Notes: a model not told the origin generated them from the letters alone. A stretch of DNA of 63,949 nucleotides, filler included, from Octopus bimaculoides (GCF_001194135.2; 5 parts of 5 records of this genome joined end to end with filler, not necessarily neighbours in it); one strand, 5' to 3'; shown: positions 41,534 to 55,644, counted from the whole stretch's first letter. Numbers and translations are program-made.

Positions 41534-41633
41534 NNNNNNNNNNNNNNNNNNNNNNNNNNNNNNNNNNNNNNNNNNNNTTAATTAATTAANNNNNNNNNNN
41601 NNNNNNNNNNNNNNNNNNNNNNNNNNNNNNNNN
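41534..41633. other. Assembly gap spacer (44N-TTAATTAATTAA-44N)
   Basis: Linker at 41578-41589. Confidence 0.95.
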
Positions 41634-43516
41634 TATATATATATATATATATTGATATATATAAGATGTTATATCTTAAGGCAATGTGGAAAGTTACTTG
41701 TTACTGTTTTTCATATACTCTTGCTGCGCTGCTTATTTGGTGAATGCGTATATACATCAGTATGCAAAGTGTTATTTCTATACGTCTCTCTGTGATATAT
41801 GTGCTTACATACATCTTTAAGTATCAATGTGTCAATGTGTATGTATATATTTGTATATGTCTGTTTATGTGTGTGTAGAATGTTCTAATGGCAAACTTTA
41901 ATTAAAATCTAAGCTAGAAAAATTTGGAAACTTAATTAATTTCTCTGCAGATATTCTTGATTTATTCTATCTTCTGTAAATTGTAATTATCATGTTATCA
42001 ACAAATCAATCATTTTGTCTGAGAAAGAATCCATGTGTTTGTGTGCATGCACTCGATGGAAACAGAATTATGAATGGCTCTGTGACGAGTGGAATATGTA
42101 TAGAAATTCCGAGTGAGATTATTGGAATTACGCAAAAGAAAACCATACGTCAATACAGACAAACTCATTGATTGCTTGTTGTTCTTAATGACAATTTTGC
42201 ATATAAAAATGACTATTTTAATGTTGCAAACAGACGTAGGACAGGCAACATTATAAATCGATAAATTGATCGATACGCACATAAACAAATGTTGAAATGC
42301 ATATAAATATATATACTGAATGTTTTCTCTTATCTTCTAATGTCGTTATCTTTTTCTGAATATGTTTAATTCGTCTACTTAGACAAGAAAATGTCAGCTT
42401 CAGTGATTTTCAGAATATATCTTTCTATTCTTATTTGGTTTTGTTCGTACTCGCAGTCCATAAACAATCTAACAATCTTATAAATAATTATTATATAAAT
42501 ATTATGCAATCTTTCAACGAATCGAGAGTCACATGAATATCTATAAGCATGGGATCATTAAGAGCTTACATTCACCTGCCTAACCCTTAGCCAATTTAAT
42601 AATTGTGTGAAAGTGCTAGCAGATTATTTGAAAATATTCCATGATATGATTTTAAGTGCACGCACACTCTCGCTCTCCTTTTATCTGTATGCGTGTGTTA
42701 TACATTATAATGTATCATCTCTGAAGTTTTGTTTTTAATATTATAATAGTAGTTTTCGAATCAATTATACCTCGCTAAATTTGGTCGTATATATAATACT
42801 ACGTTTTCTAATACAATACGGGTCTTTCTTTGTCATTCCTTCTTCATAATTTTGTTACAAGATTCTCAAGTTTCTTGATTAGAAATCTCTTCATATATTC
42901 TACAGGTTTTAGTTTCTATGGCCGTCCTAATTTTCACATTTTCCACGATTTTTCTCTCTTAATCCCATGGCATGGATCTCTCCACATCTTACATTATGAA
43001 GCAGTGTGACATCTTGAAGGTATTTAGTCAGTTATGAAAGACTGATTTCATAAAATATATCCACATCTGATACCACAGCGAAACGGCATTATAACCATTC
43101 ACTTTTGTAATAAATAGATTAGAATAGGAAATATTTGATTTCAATGAGACTATATTAAAATACTCTCCAGCATGTTTCTTGTTTCTGCTGGCCTTCTTAC
43201 CCATTCCGTTCCCTTACGTCTTTTGTTGAGACATTGTTTCTTTTTTTCTTATATATTAAAAAAATAGCATAATAATAATTTCGAATCGACCATTGTCTCT
43301 TTGGAAAGTATTCTACCTATAAATACCTATAAATACACAAATGCTTTTATTTCTCAAATGATAGAAAATAAAACAGAATTTTCAGTAAACGCACACACAC
43401 ACACAAACACGCAGAAAGTCATACATAAACACAAACACAAAAATATATACATAGCTATATAGATATTTTCGTGTCTATATGTATACGTACGTTTATTTAG
43501 GTGCGCATATTTGTAG

Positions 43517-43548
<32 letters not shown>

Positions 43549-44649
43549 AGACAATATTTGAGTACAAAAGTGCATATAACTGCATATATATGAGAATGTG
43601 TACGCATAGTCATATANNNNNNNNNNNNNNNNNNNNNNNNNNNNNNNNNNNNNNNNNNNNNNNNNNNNNNNNNNNNNNNNNNNNNNNNNNNNNNNNNNNN
43701 NNNNNNNNNNNNNNNNNNNNNNNNNNNNNNNNNNNNNNNNNNNNNNNNNNNNNNNNNNNNNNNNNNNNNNNNNNNNNNNNNNNNNNNNNNNNNNNNNNNN
43801 NNNNNNNNNNNNNNNNNNNNNNNNNNNNNNNNNNNNNNNNNNNNNNNNNNNNNNNNNNNNNNNNNNNNNNNNNNNNNNNNNNNNNNNNNNNNNNNNNNNN
43901 NNNNNNNNNNNNNNNNNNNNNNNNNNNNNNNNNNNNNNNNNNNNNNNNNNNNNNNNNNNNNNNNNNNNNNNNNNNNNNNNNNNNNNNNNNNNNNNNNNNN
44001 NNNNNNNNNNNNNNNNNNNNNNNNNNNNNNNNNNNNNNNNNNNNNNNNNNNNNNNNNNNNNNNNNNNNNNNNNNNNNNNNNNNNNNNNNNNNNNNNNNNN
44101 NNNNNNNNNNNNNNNNNNNNNNNNNNNNNNNNNNNNNNNNNNNNNNNNNNNNNNNNNNNNNNNNNNNNNNNNNNNNNNNNNNNNNNNNNNNNNNNNNNNN
44201 NNNNNNNNNNNNNNNNNNNNNNNNNNNNNNNNNNNNNNNNNNNNNNNNNNNNNNNNNNNNNNNNNNNNNNNNNNNNNNNNNNNNNNNNNNNNNNNNNNNN
44301 NNNNNNNNNNNNNNNNNNNNNNNNNNNNNNNNNNNNNNNNNNNNNNNNNNNNNNNNNNNNNNNNNNNNNNNNNNNNNNNNNNNNNNNNNNNNNNNNNNNN
44401 NNNNNNNNNNNNNNNNNNNNNNNNNNNNNNNNNNNNNNNNNNNNNNNNNNNNNNNNNNNNNNNNNNNNNNNNNNNNNNNNNNNNNNNNNNCATACCGACA
44501 TCCACCTGTATGTATAGGTGCATATCTGGGTTCAGGACATTGCAAACAAAACGTAGACGTGAAAACACGCAAGCCACATAGAGAACATTCTACTTCATCA
44601 GCTACCCACGTTTTAACATCGGCGTTTCGAAGAGCTGGGCAGGACGCAT

Positions 44650-44730
44650 CGCTAAAACGGCTCTTCCCATGGATCGCAGATTAAATTTGTATACGCAAAT
44701 TAAATCTTGCCATGGAAGAATGTAGTGGCG
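44650..44730. ncRNA. Candidate pre-miRNA-like hairpin (unconfirmed)
   Basis: tcttcccatgg...cagattaaatttg / caaattaaatcttg ccatggaaga plus a lower stem cgcta/tggcg. There is a 4 nt bulge and no match to any miRNA I recognise. Confidence 0.2.
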
Positions 44731-46228
44731 GACAAAAAACAAGACAGGAAAACAAACAGAAAAGGCTTTACGGCCAGACGATATATGCATGTACATGAAT
44801 ACACAAACACACACACACATATATATATATATATTCGTACATAAATGTGTGTGCTTATATATGCTCACATATACGCACACACATAAACACTTGCATACGC
44901 ATAAACAATTCTTATTTATTCAAGATGTTTCTGCAAACTTACCGATAATTTGATTCATTAACGGAAACGTAGTATTACATTATCTTCGTTTCAGATGTGA
45001 GTAACATTTAACGTATAGAATATAAATTGTCTATATAACCTTTATTGAAGTTTTGTATTGAAATTCTTTTACACACGGTTGGTAAATAAAACCATGCCAA
45101 TTTTCAACCGATGGGGAAGCGTAGAGCTGTAAATAAAAACAGTTTTTACTAAATAACTCAGTAGCACTACACGTAATACGTTACCTGTCTATTGAAATGT
45201 TATTCTAATGTATTTATAATACGTTATAAATTCTCTGTAGCGCAGCTATCCTTGATAACATTATTTCGAAATACGATTGCTGCCAAACACTCTATAGTAA
45301 AATCAGAAACGTAATATTCATAGTAAATTTTAATGATTATCTTGGCAATTGTAATGAGAAATAACCATTGATATGGTAAAAATAGCAGCGATGGGGTTAC
45401 GGACATTGGGTGTGGTGTTGTTGAAGATGACGGGAAGATCGGTAATAGCAATAGTAGATATTAAAAAAGTGGTTAAGTGCACGATTATTTAGTAGTTGTT
45501 CTTGTCTTTGTTGATGAAGAAGATAAGGACGATGATGAATACTATCATGATGACTACTGCGATGCTGATTTTTATAACGACGACGTCTACAACAATGATG
45601 TCAACAACTACCGTGACGATGAAGATGACGATAAAGATAATTAAAATAATAATGATGAATAGGATGATGGTGATGGTGGTGGTTGTGGTCGTGGTGTTCT
45701 TGACATTGGTGACTGTGACAGTGGAGATGAAGGTGATGTTGACGAATTAAGCTATAAACTATACTGTATCACATGAAACGTGGACATGTATGCGCATAAA
45801 TAATATTAAAAAGAGAAGTGAGAGAAAAATTCCAGTTATGTAAATCTAGTACCAAAGCAGTAATTTATCGTTATCTTTAACATCAAACTTCACAATAAAT
45901 CCCGCCACAACAAATTTGATCACAAGCGTAGATTATTGACCGGAAGCTATCAATGAAGGAAGTTACATCAAATAAATCCGGTAGACATACATTTTGATAT
46001 TCCGGCACAATATTACACAACCATCGGGTGGGTATATTCGTTGACTCACAAATGTACATATTTACGAGTACACATACACGTGGACTTCATTATGGACGGA
46101 CATATATATATGTGTGTGTGTGTGTGTGCGTATACATATAAGTGTATATACAAACATTCACACACACAAACATATACATACATATGTATCTATCTCTATA
46201 TATATATTTGCATGTATGTATATATATG

Positions 46229-46261
<33 letters not shown>

Positions 46262-47629
46262 NNNNNNNNNNNNNNNNNNNNNNNNNNNNNNNNNNNNNNN
46301 NNNNNNNNNNNNNNNNNNNNNNNNNNNNNNNNNNNNNNNNNNNNNNNNNNNNNNNNNNNNNNNNNNNNNNNNNNNNNNNNNNNNNNNNNNNNNNNNNNNN
46401 NNNNNNNNNNNNNNNNNNNNNNNNNNNNNNNNNNNNNNNNNNNNNNNNNNNNNNNNNNNNNNNNNNNNNNNNNNNNNNNNNNNNNNNNNNNNNNNNNNNN
46501 NNNNNNNNNNNNNNNNNNNNNNNNNNNNNNNNNNNNNNNNNNNNNNNNNNNNNNNNNNNNACATGCATACGCACATATATATATATAATCGTATATGTAT
46601 ATATTTAATATGCATATATATATATATATATATACACGCACATACACACAGGCACACACAAACACACATATATACATAAATACGTGTATTAACGTTTGAA
46701 TATATGCCATTCTGGGCGTGCGTCGTTGCGTGCACAAGAAGATGTTATCTTTAAAAATCCCTTTCACATATATTTCTACACGAGCACAAAACACGCACGC
46801 GTATATGCTGGCTTTAGGCCACGGACACACATACATATTTACACCTATTCATGATTTTATAAGATAAGTCGGATGAAATATTGCTATGAGGAGTGGGAAT
46901 GTCGAAAAACATGCTTTTCCAGGATATTTTTCCTTTTAAAATGTGTTTCTATGAAATGTATTTCTCTATCATACTCCACTATTTTCTCTCACTCCTTCAC
47001 AAAAGCTTTTCGTTTTGTCTTGCTTCATATTTCTTCATCGTTCTCTGCGTACTTAGCTGATATTGTTTATTTCCTTGTCCATTTCATTTCGCCGTCGTTA
47101 CTCTTTACTTTTCTATATCACTATCTCTATTGGTTGCTCCTCACTCTCTCTGTGCTTGTTTATTTTTCTCTCTCCTTATAAATCGTTTATTTTTAGCATG
47201 TATATTGATATGTCTTCCGTTTTCTTTACCAAGCAAAGAAACTATTTGCATAACTCTTTTGTACGTTCCGTTGCTCATTCACCGTAAAGTTGCCCTCGGT
47301 ATCTAAGATAACTAGACGAATAGAAAAAGCTCTATTGATGGCTGTCCGTAAACATGCATGGTCTGTTAATCTTGCAACGGACACGTTAATGTTGATTTAA
47401 ATTCTTTCGACAGTTTTGTAAATTCTTTATGTGCATCGTGCACGTTTTCTTTTGCATTCTAACAAATATAGGGAATAGATAATTTTAAATATATTCACGT
47501 ATACTCATGGTGTTTCAGAAATACTATGTATTCAATATATTTAGGAATTCTATAAATGTATTTATGACAAGAAATATTGTGTAACACTAAAAAAATTCCA
47601 TGTAGCATATATATATATATATATATATA

Positions 47630-47725
<96 letters not shown>

Positions 47726-50700
47726 CATTAATATTATTATTATTTATATATATATATATATATATGTTCAAAAAAAGACAAACAACAATAACAAAAACCA
47801 ACAACGTGAGGACGTGATACGGATAGTATTATTAGACGCCCGGGAAAGGAAAGAGAGAGTATGAGAGTGTATGTATATATATATCTATATATATATATAT
47901 ATATATAGGTTTGTGAAGCAAATTATATATCAACTGTTTCTGCGCAAACGATATATAGATATAACGTTGAAATAAGTAATGTATGACTGAAAATATGTTA
48001 ATATATTTTAAATAAAGGGTAACTGATAATCATTGAAATATTCCACAAGAAATTTCGTGAAATATTTCATTTGAAGACATGTATGATTATATATTATGTT
48101 GCATAAGGATTAATAAGTGTAACAAAATTCCATGGTCGTAATTTATGTTGATTCCCTCCTGTATGACATTGAGATTATTTTATAGATGCGTCCACATATA
48201 ACTTTTCCTGTGTGAATGAAAAGATTAGAGATATTTCGATGTTTGAGAAAAGAAATATTTACACACACACACACACGCACACACACACACACACACACAC
48301 ATACACACTCATGTATCTATCTACGAATATATGTATGTATACATGTGCGTGTACAAAATCGCGTATAATTCAACGCAAACGTACATACACAGCAACACAT
48401 ACACACATACATATGGATATATCTTCATGCAAGTATGTTTGCATGATTATTGTAGGTTCGCATAAAAGCGTATTATAGCTAACTCTTATATAATTACAAG
48501 AATGCAGCCTTAACTTTCACAAATCCTTGGAGCTATTATTAATTAGTACTGACATGATTTTTTCACCTTTTTTACCGCCTGCTAGTACATTTATCATTAG
48601 CCAGTCTTAATGCCACACGTGAGTCAGAACGGAATTGGTTTTCCTTGATAGACAACCAATTTGAGATAATGGCAGAGAGCCAGAAAGGATTTATGATAGT
48701 ATTATCGAGGGGTTTGAAATGTTCTTGCATAATCCATGACAATTTTAAAATTTTTATTTTATAAAAAGCAATGCTTTGATAGGAGGAAGAAACAAAAGGA
48801 ACAAAATAAAGTAAAACAAAAGTGAATGTTCAACCGATAAGTTTCGAAATAAATTGAGATATAATTCAATTATGATAACGCTGTTTGTAATCACATGGGA
48901 AAAAATAGGAAAATATAGTTATTAATTAGATGTTGATCATGTTTTATCATTTATGCATATTCAATTTTACATGATGCTTATCGAAGCAGCAAGCGTTTAC
49001 TTTCCAGTTCAACTTGGATTATAAGATATGCCAGGCAAATTTCCTCAGATTCAACATACATTATTAAACAAGGACACATTCGGTAATGCAGTCCTACATG
49101 TAAATTATGTATGAATATAAAACAAGTTTATTAATGGGATGATTGATTTCAGTATGTTTATTACATATTTAATAAAAATAATTTTTGAAAGCATCGTTAA
49201 TGAAAATGCTATTATACTGAAGTCTTAAATCCATTGCTTAAATCCGTTGCCAAAAGTTTGGAACATAGGTGTAACAATCAGAATTTTTGTATTAAATGCC
49301 CAAAGTTAAATTTCAATCGAATTGTACTTGAGCATAACAATTTTAATTTGTTAAAAAAAGGTTCGAAGCTTTCGGCCACGACCGCGAATATATATTAGAC
49401 ATATTGCGAATTGCACAAATACTAGATATTAGAAATAGTATGCAAATACTGTTCGGATTAGAGTTTAGCGTCCTGTATATGTGAAAAACGTTGCATCTAA
49501 GATGTTTTGTTGTAGGGAATATACTATGAGAAAAACTAATGTGGTTGTTAAGTGTATTCTTTGTGTATGCATACATATACATGTGAGAGTGCACGTGTGT
49601 GCGCGTATGAACGTGTATGCGTGTGTGTACGGGCGCACACGTGGATGCCTGTATGTAGGTAATAGAGTTCTTTTTGCTAAAACTTTAAAAATTTTGTTCG
49701 GTTTTTGTAATTGTGGAATTTTTTCGCCATGAACGGTTTGTGTTTTTAAACGGAATGTATTTTTTCTGATGTTATATTTATTCCTGAATGATGTGTAAAG
49801 AAATTTTGATTTAAGCCTCTTAATGAATTCTTTATACTGAAATATATATTGAAGAAGATAAATATGTTCATTTGAATTTATNNNNNNNNNNNNNNNNNNN
49901 NNNNNNNNNNNNNNNNNNNNNNNNNNNNNNNNNNNNNNNNNNNNNNNNNNNNNNNNNNNNNNNNNNNNNNNNNNNNNNNNNNNNNNNNNNNNNNNNNNNN
50001 NNNNNNNNNNNNNNNNNNNNNNNNNNNNNNNNNNNNNNNNNNNNNNNNNNNNNNNNNNNNNNNNNNNNNNNNNNNNNNNNNNNNNNNNNNNNNNNNNNNN
50101 NNNNNNNNNNNNNNNNNNNNNNNNNNNNNNNNNNNNNNNNNNNNNNNNNNNNNNNNNNNNNNNNNNNNNNNNNNNNNNNNNNNNNNNNNNNNNNNNNNNN
50201 NNNNNNNNNNNNNNNNNNNNNNNNNNNNNNNNNNNNNNNNNNNNNNNNNNNNNNNNNNNNNNNNNNNNNNNNNNNNNNNNNNNNNNNNNATATATATAGT
50301 TATATATATGCATACATGTGTGATTTTTGATAGGAAAAAGATTTTTACACAATTACTTGAAAGTGCTCAGGTCGAAACCGAGACGTTAGACATTATATAA
50401 TTTGGTTTAAGAAGAGACACGTTTTAGATAATCATCCTACAGTTATAATAAATACACTAGGACAAGGAACATATCAATATATTATTTAGAATAGAAATGA
50501 GAAATAGAGGAGATAAAACTATACGGGAAAAGGATAAATAAATAAAAAGTGATACATCCGTTAAAAGATCATATTATATTTCAGATTAAATATGTTGAAT
50601 TAAGAATTAAAAGTTAGAAGATATACGCATAAACGCGCTTTCCTTGGTATGAATGATATCTGTGTTGTTTCGACAGCGATGCTGTTGATGCTACAACTTG

Positions 50701-51187
50701 TGAAGTCATTTCTAACGTCTCATGTGTATCTATTTTCTTTAAGCTCTTCGAGTAGACGATGATAGACACAGACAACATATTTCATTGTGTTTGCCTCTAT
50801 TCATTTTGCCATCCCTTATTGCATTCGATGTAAATGAAGCTTATATATCTGGATAGAATTATGAAATAGCATAGATGGTTAGAATAATGATACGTATTTT
50901 CAACGTACACGCTATATTTGTCATGTACTCTGCTTGACGATTTTATCTGGTTTTGCTGTTTCATTCTATGCTTTTCAATGCTGTTTCTGATCCTCTCGTT
51001 CTCTTCGGAATGCATTAGAATATTGCTATTTGTATTTATAATACCTCGATCTTTCCCTGTATATTATATATTTTTCACTAAGATGCATAAATATAAATCA
51101 TTAATAGAGTGTGTTATACGCAAATAAATACCTTTTAGTGAGATGAAATCAAATACATAGTGTACAAGTATATATATATATATATAA

Positions 51188-51287
51188 NNNNNNNNNNNNN
51201 NNNNNNNNNNNNNNNNNNNNNNNNNNNNNNNTTAATTAATTAANNNNNNNNNNNNNNNNNNNNNNNNNNNNNNNNNNNNNNNNNNNN
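51188..51287. other. Assembly gap spacer (44N-TTAATTAATTAA-44N)
   Basis: Linker at 51232-51243. Confidence 0.95.
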
Positions 51288-51321
<34 letters not shown>

Positions 51322-51329
51322 ATCTACCT

Positions 51330-54300
51330 ATTCTGTCACCTGTTTCTGTTCTTGCGGTGTGTTGGATAATGAAATGGCAGTGCAGTTCCGATAATCCTTC
51401 AACCTTGACTTATGAGCAATCTCACTGGAACTGGATAGTTAGTTGGTTGTCCTCAACGTGAATAATAGTGCCTTCAGATTGGAAGTTGTCTATATCCCGA
51501 GTGAAGTAGGTTGTCCTGATTTCTTCAGATGTTTGGAAACTTTTCTCGAACGGCTGCTCAGACGTTCCCAGTTGTCCGACAAATACCAATTAGGTTGCCC
51601 ACATGTGCCAGTGTGGACAAAGAGCAACTACTGTAGATCATACAAATTATATCTAAACTGAGATTTTACAATGCTACCGGATATGGTTATTGCAGTATGC
51701 TCAAAATTCAAAGTAGTCGGCTACGCAAAGCACGAATTGTGATCTACCCGGCCGACTCAGTATTCATAGACTAGGACCCAGTTATGAGAAGGTGAACACG
51801 TCCATATTGGCATGCAAAGTCTATGGGGATCTGAGTAGTGAATTAGTTAAGCAGCAGTTGACTGGAACATTCAAAAGCCGGTGATGAGGCGTTCTGAGAT
51901 GTTAATACGGACAGCATTAACAGGTACCATCATTAATAACAAATGGTGGTACGCCCTAAAAAGAGCCATCAACTATGAGTCTATTAGGTATAGCTAAGAA
52001 GGGACGTAGAATAGGAGATGGTCTAGTTAAGGAACTAGAAGAAGCCTGGAGGACTGGTAATGCGGACCAAGCGAGGGTGAAAACACTGGAGTTAAACCAG
52101 CATCTTGAAGCCCAACACATGGGAAGTATTGCCAGAGCTAAGTTACGTGCGGTGGGAAGTGAAGGAATCAAGGCCGCTGGATAGGCCCGAGTGGTGGAAG
52201 CTCGGCAAGGAAATATTTCAACTATTCAGTCTTTGACAAATGAAAATGGTGTTTTGGTAAACGAACTCGAGAAAATGTGTGAGGCCTTTCTGGAGTACTT
52301 CGCCCAGCTGTTCGGGGGTGGCGGCGGTCCTGGTGGTGGAAGAGCACTGAAGGACTTTCTTGCCGGGCTGCCGTGTGTCTTGGGGTCGGATGCGGAGTCT
52401 TGCGAAGTGCCAATTACGCCTGTGGAGGTGATGGAGGCTTTTGCCGACTGTAAAACTGGTAAGTCGCCGGGACTTGATGGTCTTCCGTACGAGCTGTATA
52501 AATGTATGCCAGACTTGTTCGGGCATCTACTGGTTGACGTTTACGCGAACTGGCAACAGAATGGGGTTTATTCCCAGATCTGTGCGCCAGGGAGTAGTGA
52601 CGTTGATCAGAAAGGACCCGGACAAGGAGGACGTTATAGAGAATTTCAGGCCCATCTCTCTGTTAACCGCAGAAGTGAAGATTTTGGCCAAGGTCTTAGC
52701 GAAAAGGTATAGTAGGGAGGCACAGACATTTGCCATCCCAGAAAGAACCATTCAGAATACCTTTCATCTTATTCGCTATACCAGAGAGAGGATTGGAAAA
52801 AAATCTGGCAAACGTGGGGCATTGATAGGGCTGACCATCGATACCTGACGACTGTGCTTGCGCGGTTCGGCCTGGGCCTTGGCTTCCTCAGGTGGTTTAT
52901 CGTTTTGTACCACAAAATTGACTCGATAGTTCGGGTGAACGGTTTCCTTTCGATGCCGTTCTGCATCAGACGCTCAGTTCGTCAATGATGTCCGCTCTCA
53001 TCACTTTTGTATGTGGTGGCTCTCGAGCCCCTACTGCGAAAGTTGAGTGGCATTCCGAGAGAACCAGTTCTAGAGGAGTTTGTTGCGGCTTACGTGGATG
53101 ATATCACTATCAACGTAACTTCAGTAGCACGCCTACGTGAAGTGGGTAAGAGTATTGAGTCTTACGAGGAGGTGGCAGGAGCAAAGATTAACCGGGAAAA
53201 GTCGGTCGGCTTGCAGCTCGGCACCTGGGTTGGCAAGTCGATGTCTTCAGACAGCGCTGTTGGGCGCTGGACGGAGGGACCGGTTAAATTGTTGGGAGTT
53301 TCGTTTGGACCAGGCCTCCAGATAGAGAAGAACTGGACGGTGGTATTGAGCAGGGTGGCTACAGTGGTCAAAACCTAGTCTTGGTGAACAGGAAGCCTGG
53401 TGTTCTCGTAGACCGAAGTCCCTGAAAGGGAGGGCGGAGGTGGCCAATGTGTTTATCGCATCGGTCATTACCTACTGCATGACCGTTGTACCCTGTACGG
53501 ATTCGTGGTTGATCAGGTTGCAGAGACAGCTCTTTCGCTTTTTGTGGAAGGGAAGGTCGCCACTTGTAAAATGCTCTGTCTGCTGTCAAAAGCCTTTAAA
53601 GGGAGGTTTAGGGATGCCTTGGTTAATGATGCGCAGGAATGCGTTAATGTTGGGCACCCCTGGATTCTCCTGGATAGTGAATGGGTGTGGTGTCCGATGG
53701 CCAGACAAATGTTCCCCGTGTTCAAAAGTTTTTGCGAACAGGAAGCCTGGTGTTCTCGTAGACCGAGGTCGAGTGAACGGCATAAAGAGTGCCATAAAGC
53801 CCTCTTGCTATTCCGGCGCTCGGGCAACGCCAGCTGTGGGGGTTCCACACGGATTTTATATAGTGGGTTGGTAGAGTCTGAATGCGACGATGGCCTGGGG
53901 GCGACTCTAGGTCTCGGGTTTATTCAACTGGACAGCCTGTTTCACCATATATTCGGGTTGAGAACGTTGGACAACTTCCAAAAGTCCTTAACCTGGCAAT
54001 GCTAGAGAGGTGCCCTGACCGTTTGGGATAAGTGTCAGTCTCCGACCTGTCGAAGATGCGGAGGAGACAGGGAATCCGTCCTTCACGTTATTGTTCAGTG
54101 TCCGGAGATATCTGAAATGTGGGCTTATGTTGAACACCTGTTGTCCGGCGAAGGAAGAGTACAACTGTCGACTGAGTCAATTATAAAAGTTGACCCACCG
54201 GGAGTTTTAACAAACGAAGGTAAGAATTGTTTTCTTACGGTTGTAGCATTAGCGAAAGAGGCAGTATGGAAGACTTGGATAAAAGGAATTAAGACAGGCA

Positions 54301-54690
54301 ACTTTATCTCTGGCCACAATTTACGATCATCTTTTACTTTTCATTTGAAAAGGAGGGTGTGGCTGGATAAGAGATGTCTGTCGGAGTGTACGTTCTAAAA
54401 GAGATGGAAGCATGTTGAACGAGTGTTGAGCATTGAAAGGAACCGTGTGAATAGACGGAAAAAAGAAGAAAAAAGGTACAAGCGATAGATCGGGGCTTGT
54501 GGGGTCGGAGTGTGGCTTGATCATCGCTTCATTTGTATTGTCCCTGTAATGTTAATTTCATTTGATTTTTTAAATATATTTTATTTAATTTTTAAAAGTC
54601 ACATTTTATGTAAAATGAAAGCGATTTACTGATCCCATCAGCAGTTGTTCTGTTTATTTCTATATTTAGCCCCCGGTGGGCAATAAAAAA
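51330..54690 (+). mobile_element. Tx1-clade (L1 group) LINE, degraded ORF2 plus 3'UTR
   Basis: APE-like LVVLNVNNSAFRLEVVYIP...FF; RT motifs GKSPGLDGLPYELY, FRPISLLTAEVKILAKVLA and YVDD (53091-53102); CX2CX8HX4C at 54048-54101; AATAAA/poly-A at 54682-54691. Many stops and frameshifts. Confidence 0.93.
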
Positions 54691-54691
54691 A

Positions 54692-54872
54692 TTGGTATTT
54701 CGTCTGTTTTTACGTTCTGAATTCAAATTCCGCCGAGGTCGACTTGTCTTTCATCCTTTTGGCGTCGATTAAATAAGTACCAGTTACGCACTAGGGTCGA
54801 TATAATCGACTTAATTCATTTGTCATTCCTTGTTTGTCCTCTCTGTGTGTAGCCCCTTGTGGGCAGTAAAGA
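54692..54872 (+). mobile_element. SINE family A, 5'-truncated, with Tx1-like tail
   Basis: Starts mid-head at ggtatttcgtc and ends ttgtcctctctgtgtgtagccccttgtgggcagtaaagaa. Confidence 0.85.
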
Positions 54873-54875
54873 ATT

Positions 54876-55084
54876 AGAAACGTTAGTACGCCGGGCAAAA
54901 TGCTTAGCGGTATTTCGTCTATCTTTACGTTCGGAATTCAAATTCCGCCGAGGTCGACTTAGCCTTACATCCTTTCGGAGTCGATAAATTAAGTACCAGA
55001 TGCGTACTGGGTCGGTGTCGGTCTAATCGACTAGCTCTCTCCCCAAAATGTCGGGCTTTGTGCCTACAGTAGAAAAGAAATTAT
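54876..55084 (+). mobile_element. SINE family A lacking the first ~14 nt, ATT-type tail
   Basis: agaaacgttagtacgccgggcaaaatgcttagcgg...gggctttgtgcctacagtagaaaagaaattat. Confidence 0.9.
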
Positions 55085-55644
55085 CAACCTAAGAACATAT
55101 CAGTCCAGCTACCTGAGAAGGAGAGAGTTAACTCCCCTGTAATTATAAATGCCTAAGTATTAATGTCCTCAATAACAATTCAGGGGAAATAACTGTTCCT
55201 TACTTCGTTTATTTCTTTTTTATTTTTTTTTCACTTCTATTCCTGCTCTGAAAGATTTGCCATCTATAGTGTTGAAACTCCAACGCAGCCCACACTATGT
55301 ACCTCTCATGCACAAGGGGCTCTGAGTTTTGATCAACGTTACCTAAAGAGACGTCGATATTGTCAAGTGCTAATATTCAGCACGAAACGAACAACAATAT
55401 TCCAACAACACATCCGTTGAGTATTTATTTCTCTTCCACTTTCTTTGTGTACATATGTGTGTAAAATGTATTTTCCTGTGAAAAGTAGAGGCGCGGAATG
55501 GACGCCATATCTGTTAAAAATGAGAAGACAAGCCCTGAATCCATTTATAGATTTGCAAACGAGTCTGTTTCAGTACACTACAAAATAGGACCAATGGTCT
55601 AAGAAAATGGCTCACTAACTGCAGAACCCTAACACAAATGAGTT

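Noticed and set aside
53484-53510. miR-10-like TACCCTGTA (also miR-190-like at about 21873 and miR-281-like at about 58603)
   Set aside because: Only 5' partial matches. Two lie inside TE coding sequence, and I saw no supporting precursor hairpins.
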